From contig OZ024760.1 of the NCBI GenBank assembly GCA_964016885.1, positions 6,944,001 through 7,008,000 on the forward strand: a stretch of DNA of 64,000 nucleotides. The letters are read 5' to 3'. How positions within the stretch are numbered: position 1 is the stretch's first letter; every line of letters starts with the position of its first letter. The notes under the pieces were generated by a model. That model was not told the DNA's origin. It was given only the letters and a program-made list of their open reading frames with translations, and searched no databases. Source of the DNA: Eledone cirrhosa. Lineage: Eukaryota. The position numbers and the translations under genes are program-made. Positions 11,626-26,097 of the stretch are shown here, in pieces.

Positions 11626-12918
11626 ATTTCTTTATTAGCCACAGGGGCACAAAAGAAGGGGACAAATACAAAGGGGGAAGTTTACATACAATAAAAACGT
11701 GTAAAATGTTATCACAGATGGAATTTAAAAGTTAGTCGATTTTCCCCAATAGAGGGAGACAGTTTATATGGGTAACACAGACCCCCGAAAAAAATGTGCA
11801 ACCCTCATCTCCAGGAGTACGAAGAGCTTGTACTCCTTTCCTCTCCTCCTCCTTTTCCTCAACCTACAGGCTGATATAGAGAGAAGGCCCATTCACTCGG
11901 GCCATTCTCGCCACTTTCACCCACCTTTCATAAAACTTGCTGGGGTACAGCACCTCTCTCTCCATCCTGATTCTTCTTCCAAAGTGGTATTTGAAAAAAA
12001 GAATCAGTTGTTGGCCGGAGAGAAAGGTGTCTGACCTCAGCCCTTTCAACCTTGTCCACCATACAACCTCTTTCGCCATAGCTATCACACAAAGGAAAAC
12101 CGCCTCTCCTTCGTTTTTGAAGGAGGGTGGCGGTTTGATCATGACAATGGACTCGGTGGTCAACTGGATTGGTCCCACCCGCGACAATAGTCGTTCCACA
12201 TAGCCCCACAGGTCAGTGACGCCCGGGCAGTGTATGAATGCGTGCGCGACGGTTTCTTCGTCTCGCACGCACCTCGGACAGATCTTTTTTGCAGGGTCCC
12301 TGCCCGGGCGCCCATGTCTGTAGAGCTTGTCTCGAACTGGTAGAGCTCCTCGGTAGCACTGCCAGGCCAGGGACTTTTGGAAGTTGTCCATCGGTCCCGG
12401 GCGGAAGGTCCTACCGAACAGACTGGCCAGTTCATCTTCCTCCACGCCTAGAGTTTCACCGAGCGCGTCGTCGCACTTGCTGCGGACCAACCCTCTATAG
12501 AATGACGAAGTGGAGTCTCCACTGATCGCCGGGTCCGCCTGCCAGAGGGCTGTGAGCGCCTGAGCACATTCGATGTGCCAGTCGCCCATTTTCCTCGGTC
12601 TCTGCTTGACCCAGGACTGCAGCTCGGTCAGCGAGACGAGTCGTGGGAAGGCTCGCCTCACGAACGGGGCCCACACCGGTTGTCCGGTGAGGAATACGTA
12701 GAGATGCCGCAGCCTGAGCGCGTGTTTGCGCATCGTCAACCACGGCATCCCCAGCCCTCCGTTAGAAGGGTGTTGGCAGCAGATGGATCTTCTTACCAAA
12801 GGAGCCCGCCTCTTCCAAAGGAATCGGAAGAGGGCGCGCTCCATTTTGGCGAGCGTTTTGGCTGGACAAGGCACGACGGTCAAGCGGTAGTAGATGGCGG
12901 ACGCTATAAAAGTGTTCG
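11626..12918 (-). mobile_element. Tx1/L1-clade LINE, 5'-truncated: ORF2 C-terminus (zf-RVT) and 3' UTR, inserted in (GATA)n
   Basis: Open frame 12918-11864 with FRFLW, GGLGMP and [16 protein letters not shown]. The 3' end is GTGGCTAATAAAGAAAT and both flanks are (TATC)n. A short 3'-end duplicate lies at 11500-11560. Confidence 0.88.
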
Positions 12919-13131
12919 AGATAGATAGATAGATAGATAGATATATAGATAGATATATAGATAGATAGATATATAGATAGATAGATAGATATATAGATAG
13001 ATAGATAGATATATATAGATAGATAGATAGATATATATAGATAGATAGATATATATAGATATATATATATATGTATATATAGATAGATATATATAGATAT
13101 ATATATATATATGTATATATATATATGTATG

Positions 13132-13193
<62 letters not shown>

Positions 13194-13379
13194 TACATAA
13201 ACAAAGAGGTGGGTGATGTAGCTAGCCGATGTTAATCGGTGCAGTTCCGGTCGTATCTTACTCACTCAATGATATAATAAGGTTTGTCTTCTCAGAAATA
13301 CAAACTTATTACTCAGAGTACCCACATACGTTGATTAGTAAGACAAACAACTAGGTGTGGGTGTTGATATTAGTATATC

Positions 13380-13420
<41 letters not shown>

Positions 13421-13586
13421 ATATATATATATATAATATATACATAAATATATATATAATATATACATATATATATAATATATATATATATATAATATAT
13501 AATATATATATATATATATATATAATATATATATATATATTAAGTTGTCCCCTCGGTATTCTCTCTCTCTCTATATATATATATAT

Positions 13587-13826
13587 AACAAAGGAATTGT
13601 GGTAAGGAACCAGATGGACCATAACGCACCAGAGTACTCAATACTTAGGGTAGTAGAGTGGGAAATAGGAAAAAGTATGACCCCCGACGGCAGAGCTCAA
13701 GCCGTTTCGACGGCTATTTCTGGACTAAATTATAATTTTTATTTCACCAGGCTAAAAATTCTAATTTAGTCCAGAAATAGCCGTCGAAACGGCTTGAGCT
13801 CTGCCGTCGGGGTCATACTTTTTCCT
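13587..13826. mobile_element. Family D fold-back element in (TA)n
   Basis: Arms 13667-13731 and 13763-13827 are inverted copies. A GTACTCAATAC motif sits in the unique tail. Confidence 0.75.
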
Positions 13827-13917
13827 ATATATATATATATATATATATATCATCATCATCATTTTACATATATATATGCATAGGTTATAAATATAGTTTC
13901 CATTTATTAATATATTG

Positions 13918-13951
<34 letters not shown>

Positions 13952-14400
13952 ATATCAACACCTACATGTATTGAATAACTTCTTTTATTGATACACATCG
14001 TGGAAAATACCAATATTCCAATATTCACCATTTTAATGACTAATGTAGAGGAGTTTGCATGTCCTTAATCTTTCTGACTAATCTTTATTGTTTACGAACT
14101 GAATTGTTCTTTCAGTGGTTTTAGTCATTAGACTTGGCAACCATACTAAGGCTCCACATTCATTTAGTTGACGAAATCGATATCCTGTCGTGAGGTTCTA
14201 TTTTAACCATTAAAGAAAATTTAATTCGCATAAAACTGTTCCAGTCGATACACGGTTCTTGTTTCAAAATATGCTGGAAGATTTTAATTTTTATAGAAAG
14301 TCTTTTAAATGAATGGTTTTGTTTTACATACACACAGAAGATCCAGTTAAGGGTGAAAGCAGCGATTCTTTGCTTAAACTTTAATCTGTTATTTTAATAA

Positions 14401-14433
<33 letters not shown>

Positions 14434-14436
14434 TAT

Positions 14437-14514
<78 letters not shown>

Positions 14515-14631
14515 TATGTATGTACACACATACACATATACACACACACATATATATATATATGTACACATATATACATACATACATATATACATAATAT
14601 AAGATCAAAAGATGGTTAAAGGAGTTCCATG

Positions 14632-14700
14632 TATTTTATTATGCGCATTTCAAAAACAAACATCATCATGCAATAATATTTGTGTTTTCATCAGATAAAA
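14632..14700 (-). ncRNA. Type-I hammerhead ribozyme (family A)
   Basis: Reverse complement: TTTTAT-CTGATGA-stem II-GAAA-TGCGCA-TA-ATAAAA. Stem I is TTTTAT/ATAAAA and stem III is palindromic. Confidence 0.75.
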
Positions 14701-15075
14701 CAGGAGAACATGATATGAATGCTAAAAAACACTTGTGGATAGTGCAGTTTTAAATCAACATATACATATATATATTCATACATACATATACATCATACTC
14801 ATTTTCAGCCGAGTATACTAGAGCAATGTGAAAATGAAGTGTTTTGCTCAAGAACACAACACACAACCCAGCCCAGGAATTGAACCTGTGACATTATGAT
14901 CGTAAGTCCCACACCCTTACCACCGCCAGGAATTGAACGCGAGCCATACACCCTAACCTCTACGCTACGTACCTTCATATTTAATCTATTTAAAGAACGA
15001 TATTCCATACTCTATTTCTTGCTGCTGAGTAATAAAAGTATAACTTGGTAATCCTAGTGGGTGTACTTGGCTATT

Positions 15076-15193
15076 CCCTGTTGTAGTGTAACATTGAGGG
15101 AGTGTACGCGTCTTTTATATTTTCTTTTCTGACTCCCTGTTGTAGTGTAACATTGAGTGAGTGTACGCGTCTTTTATATTTTCTTTGCTGACT
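15076..15193. repeat. Tandem duplication of a 58-bp unit
   Basis: TCCCTGTTGTAGTGTAACATTGAG.GAGTGTACGCGTCTTTTATATTTTC occurs twice. Confidence 0.8.
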
Positions 15194-15259
15194 CATATTG
15201 ATGTATTTTACTTAATTAATCATATTCGTTATATTTATTGTATTTATCAATAAAAAAAA

Positions 15260-15955
15260 TTCTTCTTCTTCTTCGCCCACTTATTTCTGAGAGGATCGTG
15301 GGAGGCAGAGTCCTCAAACACTCCCTCCAGTGACTCCTTTCAGTAGTAACAGTCTCCAACTAATCCAACTAAATCCCCAAGTGAGACCAGCCAAGCTCAT
15401 GGATGTTATCATATCAGATCTTTATCTATGTCCACCTACAAACTCTTCGTACTCCTGGAGATGAGGGTTGCACATTTTTTCGGGGGTATGTGTTACCCAT
15501 ATGAACTGTCTCCCCCTATTGGGGAAAATCGACTAACTTTTTAAATTGCATTTGTGATAACATTTTACACGTTTTTATTGTATGTAAACTTCCCCCTTTG
15601 TATTTGTCCCCTTCTTTTGTGCTCCTGTGGCTAATAAAGAAACATATCTATGTTCACCTATTCCTGGAAGGGTTTTGAGGTCAGAGTCCTCACCAATGAG
15701 TTCTATCAGAATCAACCACCTCCAATTGATATGGTTGGATCCCCAAGCGAGACCAGCCAAGTTCGTGGCTGTTATCCAATCATCTTGCTCAAGGCCTACC
15801 CCTGGGTCATCTGCCGGTTGGTTTTTGTCTGTAAAATCTGCCCAGCGAGTCTTTCATGGAACATTCTAACCACATGCCCGTAATATCGGAGCTGTGATCT
15901 CTCAATTTGGAGAAGTAGTGGCTCTACCTGGAACGACTCTTTGATCTCTATCGAG
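15260..15955 (-). mobile_element. Rex3/Expander-like RTE 3' fragment interrupted by a Tx1 insertion
   Basis: Reverse complement encodes EPLLLQIERSQLRYYGHVVRM and ends in a (GAA)n tail at about 15260. Confidence 0.75.
15439..15645 (+). mobile_element. Tx1 3' end with a 15-bp target-site duplication
   Basis: Reverse-complement match to 11626-11830, flanked by ATCTATGTCCACCTA (15424-15438) and ATCTATGTTCACCTA (15646-15660). Confidence 0.8.
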
Positions 15956-15972
15956 TAACAAAAAAAAAAAAA

Positions 15973-16750
15973 ATAATTGTTTCTACTTTTGGCACAAGGC
16001 CAGCAATTACTCAGTACATTACTAGTACTTTATTTTATCGACCACGTAAGGATGAAAGGTAAAGTGAACCTCGGTGGGATTTGAACTCAGACCGGAAAGG
16101 GGCAAAACTCTATGCTGCAAAGCATGGCCTCCGAACCTCTACCAATAAGGCCAATCCACCGCCATAATAATTGTCTCTACTTTTGGCACAAGGCCAGCAA
16201 ATACCCGGTACATTACTGGTACTTTATTTTATCGACCTTGTAAGGATTAAAGGCAAAGTTGACCTCGGCGGGATTTGAACTCAGAATGGCAAGGGCCGTA
16301 ACTCTATGCGTCAAAGCATGGTGTCCGACCCTCTACCGATACTGCCAATCCACCGCCATAATAATTGTCTCTACTTTTGGCACAAGGCCAGCAATTACTC
16401 AGTACATTACTGGTACTTTATTTTATCGACCCCGTAAGGATTAAAGGAGAAGTCAACCTCGGCGGGATTTGAACTCAGAATGGCAAGGGGCGTAACTCTA
16501 TGCGTCAAAGCATGGCGTCCGACCCTCTACCGATACTGCCAATCCACCGCCATAATAATGGCACAAGGCCAGCAATTTTTGGAGAGGGGGGGGGAGTCGA
16601 TTAAATCGACCCCAGTGCGTTACTGGTGCTTTATTTTATTGACCCCGTAAGGATGGAAGGCAAAGCTAACCTCGGTGGGATTTGAACTTAGAACGTAATG
16701 GGCCATAACTCTATGCTGCGAAGCAGGATGCTCGACACTATACCGATTCG
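15973..16750 (-). mobile_element. Head-to-tail array of four Nin-domain SINEs
   Basis: Units of about 190 bp joined through CCACCGCCATAATAAT. Confidence 0.85.
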
Positions 16751-17816
16751 CCCTTTTGATGTTCTCAAGTTTAACCTTAGTTCAAACTTAAATCTATATC
16801 TTTAAACACATCCTCCATCCTCAAAGCCACAGCTTGACATAATTTTAACATAAACCGTTTACGGAAGTTTTATATTTTATGTAAGAGGGTGAGCTGAAAA
16901 GTTAATAGGCGGACTGTGAAGCAGTGATGTTAGAGCTGTGAAATCTTGCATGCATTAATTTCAACTCTCCTTATTAATAATTGTTTCTACGTTAGGCACA
17001 AGGCCAGCAAGCACCCAGTGTATTACTGGTACTTTATTTTATCGATCCCGTAAGGATGAAAGGCAAAGTTAACCTCGGCGGGATTTGAACTCTCCTTATT
17101 AATAATAACTGCATTGTTCCTTTCTAGTGACTATCTTGAAAAATAAATCCCATTTGGTCATTCCGTGAGAGTATCTTGGTTATAGGCTATGAAGTAGTGA
17201 ATCTAGAGCTGTGAAATCTTGCAAATATTAATTTCAACTCTTCTTATTTTCTACTTTTGGCGCACAAGGCTAGCAATTATCTCAGTGCATTACTGGTACT
17301 TTATTTTATCGATCACGTAACGATGAACGGCTAAGTTAACCTCGGCAGGATCTGAACTCAGACCGTAACTCTATGCTGTAAACTATGGCGTCCGACCCTC
17401 TACCGATAATGCCAATCCAATAATAACTGTATTGCTCCTTTCCAGGGACTATGTAAAAAAAATAAACCTCATTTGGTCATTCCACGAGAGTATCTTGGTC
17501 AACCTATGAACTTTTCAGTCAACCCCAGTCAACCATATACGGAAGTTTTATGCTTTAAAAGAAAACTTAAGGATTTACTCAACCCAATTTAACAAGATAT
17601 CGTCACAGGATACACATATACACATATCCTACAGGATGTACGTAACAGTCTGTTACACTCCTGTAAATTTATTTTATCTCAACATTTTCATTTTCAAAAA
17701 GCCGGTATATATATATTTTTTTTGGTAATTCTATGAAAAAAAATTTTGTCGATAATTTTTGTTGTTTTTTTTAATTTAGAAAACGAGAATAATATATCAC
17801 ATTTGGTAACAGTTTA

Positions 17817-17871
<55 letters not shown>

Positions 17872-17987
17872 GTTGGTTTCAAGCATTAGACTGGGGCCAT
17901 ACTAGAGCACCGTCTTGAAGGGATTGATTTAGGAATTTTAGTCGATTAAATCCACCCCAGGACAGTTTTGTTTATTTTTTCGCAGAT

Positions 17988-18050
<63 letters not shown>

Positions 18051-19118
18051 AAAATGAGGGGTTTTTTTTATGAAAAAAAAAATGAGATGTCCTACACGAG
18101 TGAAAGTATAAGGAAAAGAAATCGAAAATGCAACTGGAGTCTTTTAAGAATATCTATTTGTTTCCTTTACCGGTTTCCCAGTTCTCATGCTTTTCAAAAG
18201 TAGAATTAAAATCTCGCCGAGGTTAACTTTGCCTTTTATCCGTACGCAATCGACAAAATAAAGTACCAGTAATGCACTGACGTAATTGCTGGCCTTGTGC
18301 CTAAAGTAGAAACGTTGTTCAAAAGGGCAGTAGATTGGCTTTGTAGCAGAGTTACGGGCCTTTACGGTCTGAGGTCAAATCCCCCAGAGGTTAGCTTTGT
18401 CTTTCATCTTTACGAAGTTCATAAAATAAAACACCAGTAATGCACTGGGTCGATTTAATCGACTTTCCCCTCCCCTAAAATTGCTGGCCTTGTGCCTATA
18501 GTAGAAATCATTATTGCTCAACCCAGGGTTATAGAAATGTTTACGAAGCGAACATCTTATGTACGTGTGTGTGTATATATTTGTGTATGTGTTTGTACCT
18601 GTATGTGTATTTGTGTATATATTTATGCATGTGCGTGTGTATTTGTTTGTATTTATGTACGTGCCGTGTGAGTGTGTTTTTGTATGTGTATTTATGTATG
18701 TATATTTATTTACGTACATGTGTGTGTGTATATAAGTGTGCGTGTATCTGTGTCTGTGTGTATGAGTAAGTTTACAGCAGAGAGAAAAGAGGGGATGGGG
18801 GGGATGAGGTTCGCGTGAGACGCAGAACGTTGCCATGGTATAGCACGTGCCAGAAAGTTCCATACATCACGTGAGTACAGCTAACTTGGCTCACGAGACA
18901 AAAGAGAAACTCCAGCAAATTTCACAACTTTTTAAAGCCAGGCTTTCATTGATTTATAACAGTTCTCAAAATCTGAGGGCCACTGCCCACCTCTCAGCGC
19001 ACCCACTGCCTACCTCCAGCGCACCCACCCCTATTTCCAGAGAGATCTGCGTAGACGCAAATTGTAAAAAAATATGTAATAAATAAAATCGTTAATTTAT
19101 ATATAATAAATAACTTAC

Positions 19119-19478
19119 TACAGAGTATCCGACCTCCCATGGGTACATGCTGAAGCATAATACAGAGTACCCGACCTCCCATGGGTACATGCTGAAGCAT
19201 ATAAACAATATGCCCCCACCGCAAGGTGGTCGTGGAGGTGCCACGGCAAAAAAGCACCCAGCCCACACTGTAAAGTGGACGTGTAGGCGCCTCGAAAAAG
19301 CACCCAGCACTCACTGTAAATGAGGTTGGTGTTAGGAAGGGCATCCAGCTGTAGAAATCAAGCCAGATCAGTTCCTGTATGAGCAAGGCATGGTCAGCCG
19401 ACCAGACACTGCACACAACAGGACAACCCGTCTAACCCATGCTAGCGTGGAAGAACGGACGTAAAACGGTGATGATGA
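19119..19478 (+). mobile_element. RTE ORF end plus SINE-like 3' UTR; copies at 23810-24297 (-) and 28800-29320 (+)
   Basis: Begins TACAGAGTA.CCGACCTCCCATGGGTAC (duplicated here) and ends ACCCGTCTAACCCATGCTAGCGTGGAAGAACGGACGTAAAACGG(TGA)n. Confidence 0.8.
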
Positions 19479-19957
19479 AATAACATAATACTTTTTTCTT
19501 CTTTCTTTCGCTAAACTTCGCCAGTTACAGACTGCACATCAACATGTGATATCTCTCTCCACAAAGTTCGATCACCAGCTGCAGAGTTTAAAGAGCAAAG
19601 ATCAAGTCCAGTCCATAAGTTGATATTATGAAGCCTTCGTTTTGGCTGCTGGCCTCTGCTTCTCTGCCAACCAGGCATAACCTACTCACACTACGATCTT
19701 TTTATATGACCGTATTGTTTGAGTACTCTTGACTTTATTTATACATAGTATATATTACATCTTGACACAATGATGTAATATATACTATGTATAAATAAAT
19801 ATATATTTTTTTATATTACTATATTTATATATAATATGTATCATTTGATATTTAATATACTATTATAACATCTCTAGCGCCGCCCTCTTAGGTTAGAGGC
19901 TATTATTGCTGCATGAGGAGGTCATTTCGAATAAACTCTATATATTATATTATTTGA

Positions 19958-20480
19958 ATTGGCAGTATCGGTAGAGAGTCGGACGCCATGCTTTGACGCA
20001 TAGAGTTACGTCCCTTGCCATTCTGAGTTCAAGTCCCGCCGAGGTTAACTTTGCTTTTCATGCTTACGGGGTCATCATCATTATTTTACGTCCGCTTTTC
20101 CCTGCTTGCAAGGGTGGGACGGGAACTGATTCTGGCTTGATTTCTACAGCTGGATGCCCTTCCTAACACCAACCTCATTTTACAGTGTGGGCTGGGTGCT
20201 TTTTTGCCGTGGCACCTCCACGACCACTTTGCAGTGGAATGATATGGACCCCAGTCTCTATCATCTCATTTCTACAGCTGAGTAAACTGGAGCAATGTGA
20301 AATAAAGTGTCTTGCTCAAGGAAACAACACATCACGTGGTCCGAGAATTGAACTCACAACCTTTCGATTGCAAGGCCAATGCTCTAACCACTAAGCCATG
20401 TGCCTCCATAAAATAAAGTACCAGTAATGTACTGAGTAATTTGCTGGCCTTGTGCCAATAGTAGAAACAATTATATTATT
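19958..20480 (+). mobile_element. Nin-domain SINE interrupted by an antisense CORE-like SINE (20071-20408)
   Basis: The Nin sequence breaks at ...TTACGGGGTC and resumes at ATAAAATAAAGTACCAG. Confidence 0.8.
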
Positions 20481-20795
20481 ATATTCTAAAGATATTTATG
20501 TATAATTACATATATGTTGCTGGTCAATAAAGTAAGTAGTTTTGTTATTAAAACCATTTTTATTTGCTTCCTATCTTATGCCCCACCTTGTATAACCCAT
20601 GCTAACGTGGAAAATGGACGTAAAACGATAATATCGTCTGCATTATATCCTTAGAAAAACTGGGACTGTTTTTAACTCTTGCTTCAATTCAAGTTAATAT
20701 TTTCCCTTATCACAAGATATTAATTGCAATAATATATATATATACACTTCAACAGCATTCTAATCAAAGTGTGTATACATTTTTGAGAAACTTGT

Positions 20796-21229
20796 ATATA
20801 CATATATATACATATGTAGATATATATATATATATATATATATACATACATATATATATATATATATATACGTACGTATATATATATATATATATATATA
20901 CATACGTATATATATATATATATATATACATACGTATATATATATATATATACATACCTATATATATATATATATACATACGTATATATATATATATATA
21001 TATACATACGTATATATATATATATACATACGTATATATATATATATACATACGTATATATATATACATACGTATATATATATATATACATACATATATA
21101 TATATATACATACATATATATATATATATATACATACATATATATATATATATATACATACATATATATATACATACATATATATATATATATACATACA
21201 TATATATATACATACATATATATATATAT

Positions 21230-21260
<31 letters not shown>

Positions 21261-21287
21261 CATACACATATATATGTATATACACAC
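20796..21287. repeat. Compound (TA)n microsatellite punctuated by CATACG/CATACA
   Basis: Read directly from the sequence. Confidence 0.95.
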
Positions 21288-21697
21288 ATCATCATCATTT
21301 TATGTCCGCTTTTCCATCTCTCCACTTGTCACGGTCCTTCGTCATCTCCTCGGTGAGTTTCAGCGATCTGAGGTCAGCTCTCACCACCTCTGCCCATGTT
21401 TTTCGTGGTCTTCCTTCTACTGGGATTTATTGGCACTTCTTTACCCAGCGGTCATCCTCCATGCGCATCACATGTCCATACCATCTCAGCCTTCTCTCCC
21501 GCACCCTACAACTTATCCCTCTTATACACAGCTTCTTTCTCAACTCGTCTATGCTTGGTCGTTCACGCACATTGACATTGCACATCCAACGGTGCATACT
21601 TGCTTCATTTCTCTCCAGCCGTATCTTCATATCTTCTGCAGTTGCTGCCCATGTCTCACTACCATGCAGCATCGTGCATCTCGCACAGGCACCATAT
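21288..21697 (-). mobile_element. RTE LINE 3' fragment
   Basis: Reverse complement encodes [11 protein letters not shown]...[22 protein letters not shown] and has a (TGA)n tail. Confidence 0.85.
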
Positions 21698-21760
21698 AAA
21701 CATACATATACATATATACATACAATATACATATACATACATACATATATACATATATAC

Positions 21761-21813
<53 letters not shown>

Positions 21814-22099
21814 TACACACATACATAATTATAGGTTTGCAAGCTGAAAACCATTACTTTTTATCATATATATTCTGGTATCTTTATATTCCAATCTCCA
21901 CCATAATTATCTTGTAAACATTTCATTAAATCATATATCCTATATATAACCTTTTTATTTTATTTTATTTTAGTTTTAAATTAAAAATATCTTAAAACTT
22001 TTTACAGGAAATATATTATCTTTGCGGTTCTTGCAATTTATATATCTTTCATACTTTCTCACGTTACATTAAAAAAATGAGAAACTCTTAACATACATT

Positions 22100-22335
22100 T
22101 TTTTTCACGCTCAGAGTTGCTGAAGCATGGAACAAACTACCTGCATCAGTTGTTAGCTGTCGAGACACTGCATCCTTTAAGGCCTCCATGCTTCCCGAGA
22201 TCCGCCAACACTACAGCTAACACATACAAACATGTACTTCCCTGACATTTGTGTATTATTCTATGTACTATACATACATCTTTGACGAGTTGTAGTGCAC
22301 CTGAGCACTTTACACAATAATTTCATTATTATTAA
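22100..22335 (+). mobile_element. CR1-group LINE 3' end
   Basis: Encodes FFTLRVAEAWNKLPASVVS...SFK, followed by the GTGCACCTGAGCAC hairpin and (ATT)n. Other tail copies lie at 28022-28200 (-) and 42772-42966 (-). Confidence 0.75.
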
Positions 22336-22363
22336 TATTTCATTATTATACATAGTAGGAAAG

Positions 22364-22399
22364 TCTTAACGTTTCAGGCTCTAGTCCTTCATCAGAAAA
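22364..22399 (-). ncRNA. Minimal hammerhead ribozyme motif
   Basis: Reverse complement: TTTT-CTGATGA-AGG-ACTAGAG-CCT-GAAACGTT-AAGA. Confidence 0.6.
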
Positions 22400-22766
22400 T
22401 AGAATGAAAAATGAAAAAAGTAATAGAAAGATAGAGGAGAGTGAGCAGGAGCAGAAATGAAAAAAAAAAGCAGGTCTGTTCATATATACATGTATATATA
22501 TATATATATGGCTGAATGGACCTACTTTCTCTAACTATGCTTTTCTATGAGAGAGAGAGGGGAGGGGGGGCTTTTAGTGCCCAGTGAGGCAACAGAGTAA
22601 TCTGGAGGAGAGGGGAAATGGGCTGGGCTGGGGCTTCTTACACTGTCAATTTTGCCCCCCCAGAGTACTGGATTGATGGTAGATTAAATAATTTATATAT
22701 TCAAAACAAACAAATGGGAGGGACAACATAGTAACGTGTGAGTGTGGTGTTGGTTGGCTAACTGAG

Positions 22767-23421
<655 letters not shown>

Positions 23422-23604
23422 GTCATAGCATTTATAATAAATTGTTGTTAGGTCACCATGAAGGAATAGATCAAAGTACATTTAATTCAGAAACCACTCT
23501 ACAGTTCATGTTCCCACTGCTGTTAGTTGTACTGCTCCAAATGTAATGTACATGTGTATATACATATGTGTGTGTGTATATATATGTATATATATGTATA
23601 TATG

Positions 23605-23655
<51 letters not shown>

Positions 23656-23805
23656 ATTATGCATATAATTATGGGTGGATTCCCTGTGGATATAAGGTGA
23701 CCACAATTAAAAAAAGGTACTCAATACATTTGTAGAGTATCTTTACTGTAAATGTAAATGACCTCTACAGGACTAGAACTGTTTCATTTGTATGAAATCA
23801 TCCCA

Positions 23806-23837
<32 letters not shown>

Positions 23838-25061
23838 CCGTTTTACGTCCGTTCTTCCACGCTAGCATGGGTTAGACGGGTTGTCCTGTTGTGGGCAGTG
23901 TCTGGTCGGCTGACCATGCCTTGCTCATACAGGAATGATTTGGCTTGATTTCTACAGCTGGATGCCCTCCCTAACACCAACCTCATTTACAGTGAGTGCT
24001 GGGTGCTTTTTTGTGGCGCCTACACGTCCACTTTACAGTGTGGGCTGGGTGCTTTTTCGTGGCGCCTACACGTCCACTTTACAGTGTGGGCTGGGTGTTT
24101 TTTTGTGGCGCCTACACGTCCACTTTACAGTGTGGGCTGGGTGCTTTTTTGTGGCGCCTACACGTCCACTTTACAGTGTGGGCTGGGTGCTTTCTTGCCG
24201 TGGCACCTCCACGACCACCTTGCGGTGGGGGGTGTGGGGGCATATTGTCTATATGCTTCAGCTTGTACCCATGGGAGGTCGGGTACTCTGTATTATACTC
24301 CAATATATATATATATATTTTGGTGTTAGCTCTAGCATAGCTGTGTATAAGAAGTACGTGAATTTGTATATCTAGCGATATATGGTATGTTTATAAATAA
24401 ACATTAAGTCGTTCAGATATGTATTTAAAGATCGAATGTGGTTTATTTTATATCCAGAGTAGTGAGAAGTACTTCAGAGATAAATTCAGTTGGTATACTT
24501 CCGGTATAATGTATATATGTATATATAATGTGTGTATATATAATATATATGTATGTATAATGTGTGTGTTTTTATACATATATTTTATTTATTATTAGTA
24601 TAGACTAAAGTTTAAGCAAAGAATTTCTGCTTTCACTCTATACATGATCTATAGGGTGAAATCAGAAATTCTTTGCTTAAATCTGTACTAATAAATATTT
24701 GCTCTACGAGTTTTTATATACTTTATATACTTTATATATCAAGCCCTCTCCAGGTTTGGGTCTTTGTATTTATTATTACTATATATATATATTCAAAATT
24801 AAGATAAATTAAATGAATTTAATCTAAATCAAAATTTTGGGTGTCATGCCAGAAAGACATGCGCCATATCACCCGGAAAATAAGCTCTAAGATTCTAACG
24901 AGTAGATCCGAGTATTTTATAATAACTAGAAATTGATTAACATATATATAAACATGAATAATCACAGGAGATAATTTTTACAAGTGTGTAACCACACATA
25001 GCTAGGTAGGTAACTAAATAAAGTTGACTAGAACTTCAAAAATAGATACCTTATAATATGA

Positions 25062-25116
<55 letters not shown>

Positions 25117-25407
25117 TAAGCCCCATGCAAGCATGGATAAATGATGTTTAATGATAATGAGGACACACACGTATATATAGAATGGGCGTTTTACAGTTTG
25201 CCAACCAAATTCCCACACAAGTCACTGGTTGACTGGAGGTTGTTTTGTAAAACACTTGCAGAAGGGGCCACACAGTGGAACTAAAGAGATGGTAAACTGA
25301 ATTTTTTAACCATTTTGTAGGGGGAAAAATTTTTTTTTTTTACCAAAAAAATAACAAGGCACTACTATTTATGTTTTTTTTTATATTAAAACTTTAATTA
25401 GTTTAAA

Positions 25408-25503
25408 TTAATTAGTCAAAGCTACTAACGCATCAACTACTCTGCCTTTGTGTTCTCGGAGTTTCCTTTCAGCCATCGTCCGACTTATCTCAAACTCTTC
25501 AAC
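25408..25503 (-). CDS. HYPK: Huntingtin-interacting protein K, exon 3 (last coding exon)
   Basis: Acceptor TTTTCAG, then VEEFEISRTMAERKLREHKGRVVDALVALTN*, matching the conserved HYPK UBA-like C-terminus (human EISRAAAERSLREHMGNVVEALIALTN). Confidence 0.95.
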   Translation of the reverse strand, partial: VEEFEISRTMAERKLREHKGRVVDALVALTN

Positions 25504-25665
25504 CTGAAAAGGACAAAGAAAAAGAAAAACAAAACAAAAATAAAAACAAATTTAATGGTTACCACATTAGATTCTAAGACTAAAACCCCCTGGTACTATA
25601 AACTTGGTAAGTGAATGAGGTCTGGGATCCAGTTGATCAAACTCTATAAGTCCAACACCCTAACC

Positions 25666-26097
25666 CAGCGTTTCTTTACCTTTTTTTACCCTTGTGGAAC
25701 CCTTGAAATAGTTTTCAAGTCTCAGGGAACCCCTACATAAAAACTATTATTATACCGAATATTAATATCTATATTTTTTCATAAATAATACAAGAGGCTG
25801 AAGAATTTATTATAATAACCAAGGATTTTCCAACAATATGCCGTACGTGTTTAGTAAAATTACAAATATAAAATTAAACAAAAATTACTTAAAAAAATAT
25901 ATTAGCTTATTTATCGCTGTTTCTTGCAGGACCCCTAGTGACCTCTTGTGGAACTCCTAGCAACCTCCTGTGGAACCCCTAGTGACCTCTTGCTGGACCC
26001 CTAGCAACCTCTTGTGGGACCCATAGTGACTTCTTGCGAGACCCTAGCACCCCTTACAGAACCCTGTGTTCCAGGGAACACTGGTTGAGAAACACTG
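25666..26097. mobile_element. hAT-type MITE with an internal 21-bp tandem repeat
   Basis: TIRs CAGCGTTTCT / AGAAACACTG and 8-bp TSD CCCTAACC / CCCTAATC. Confidence 0.78.
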
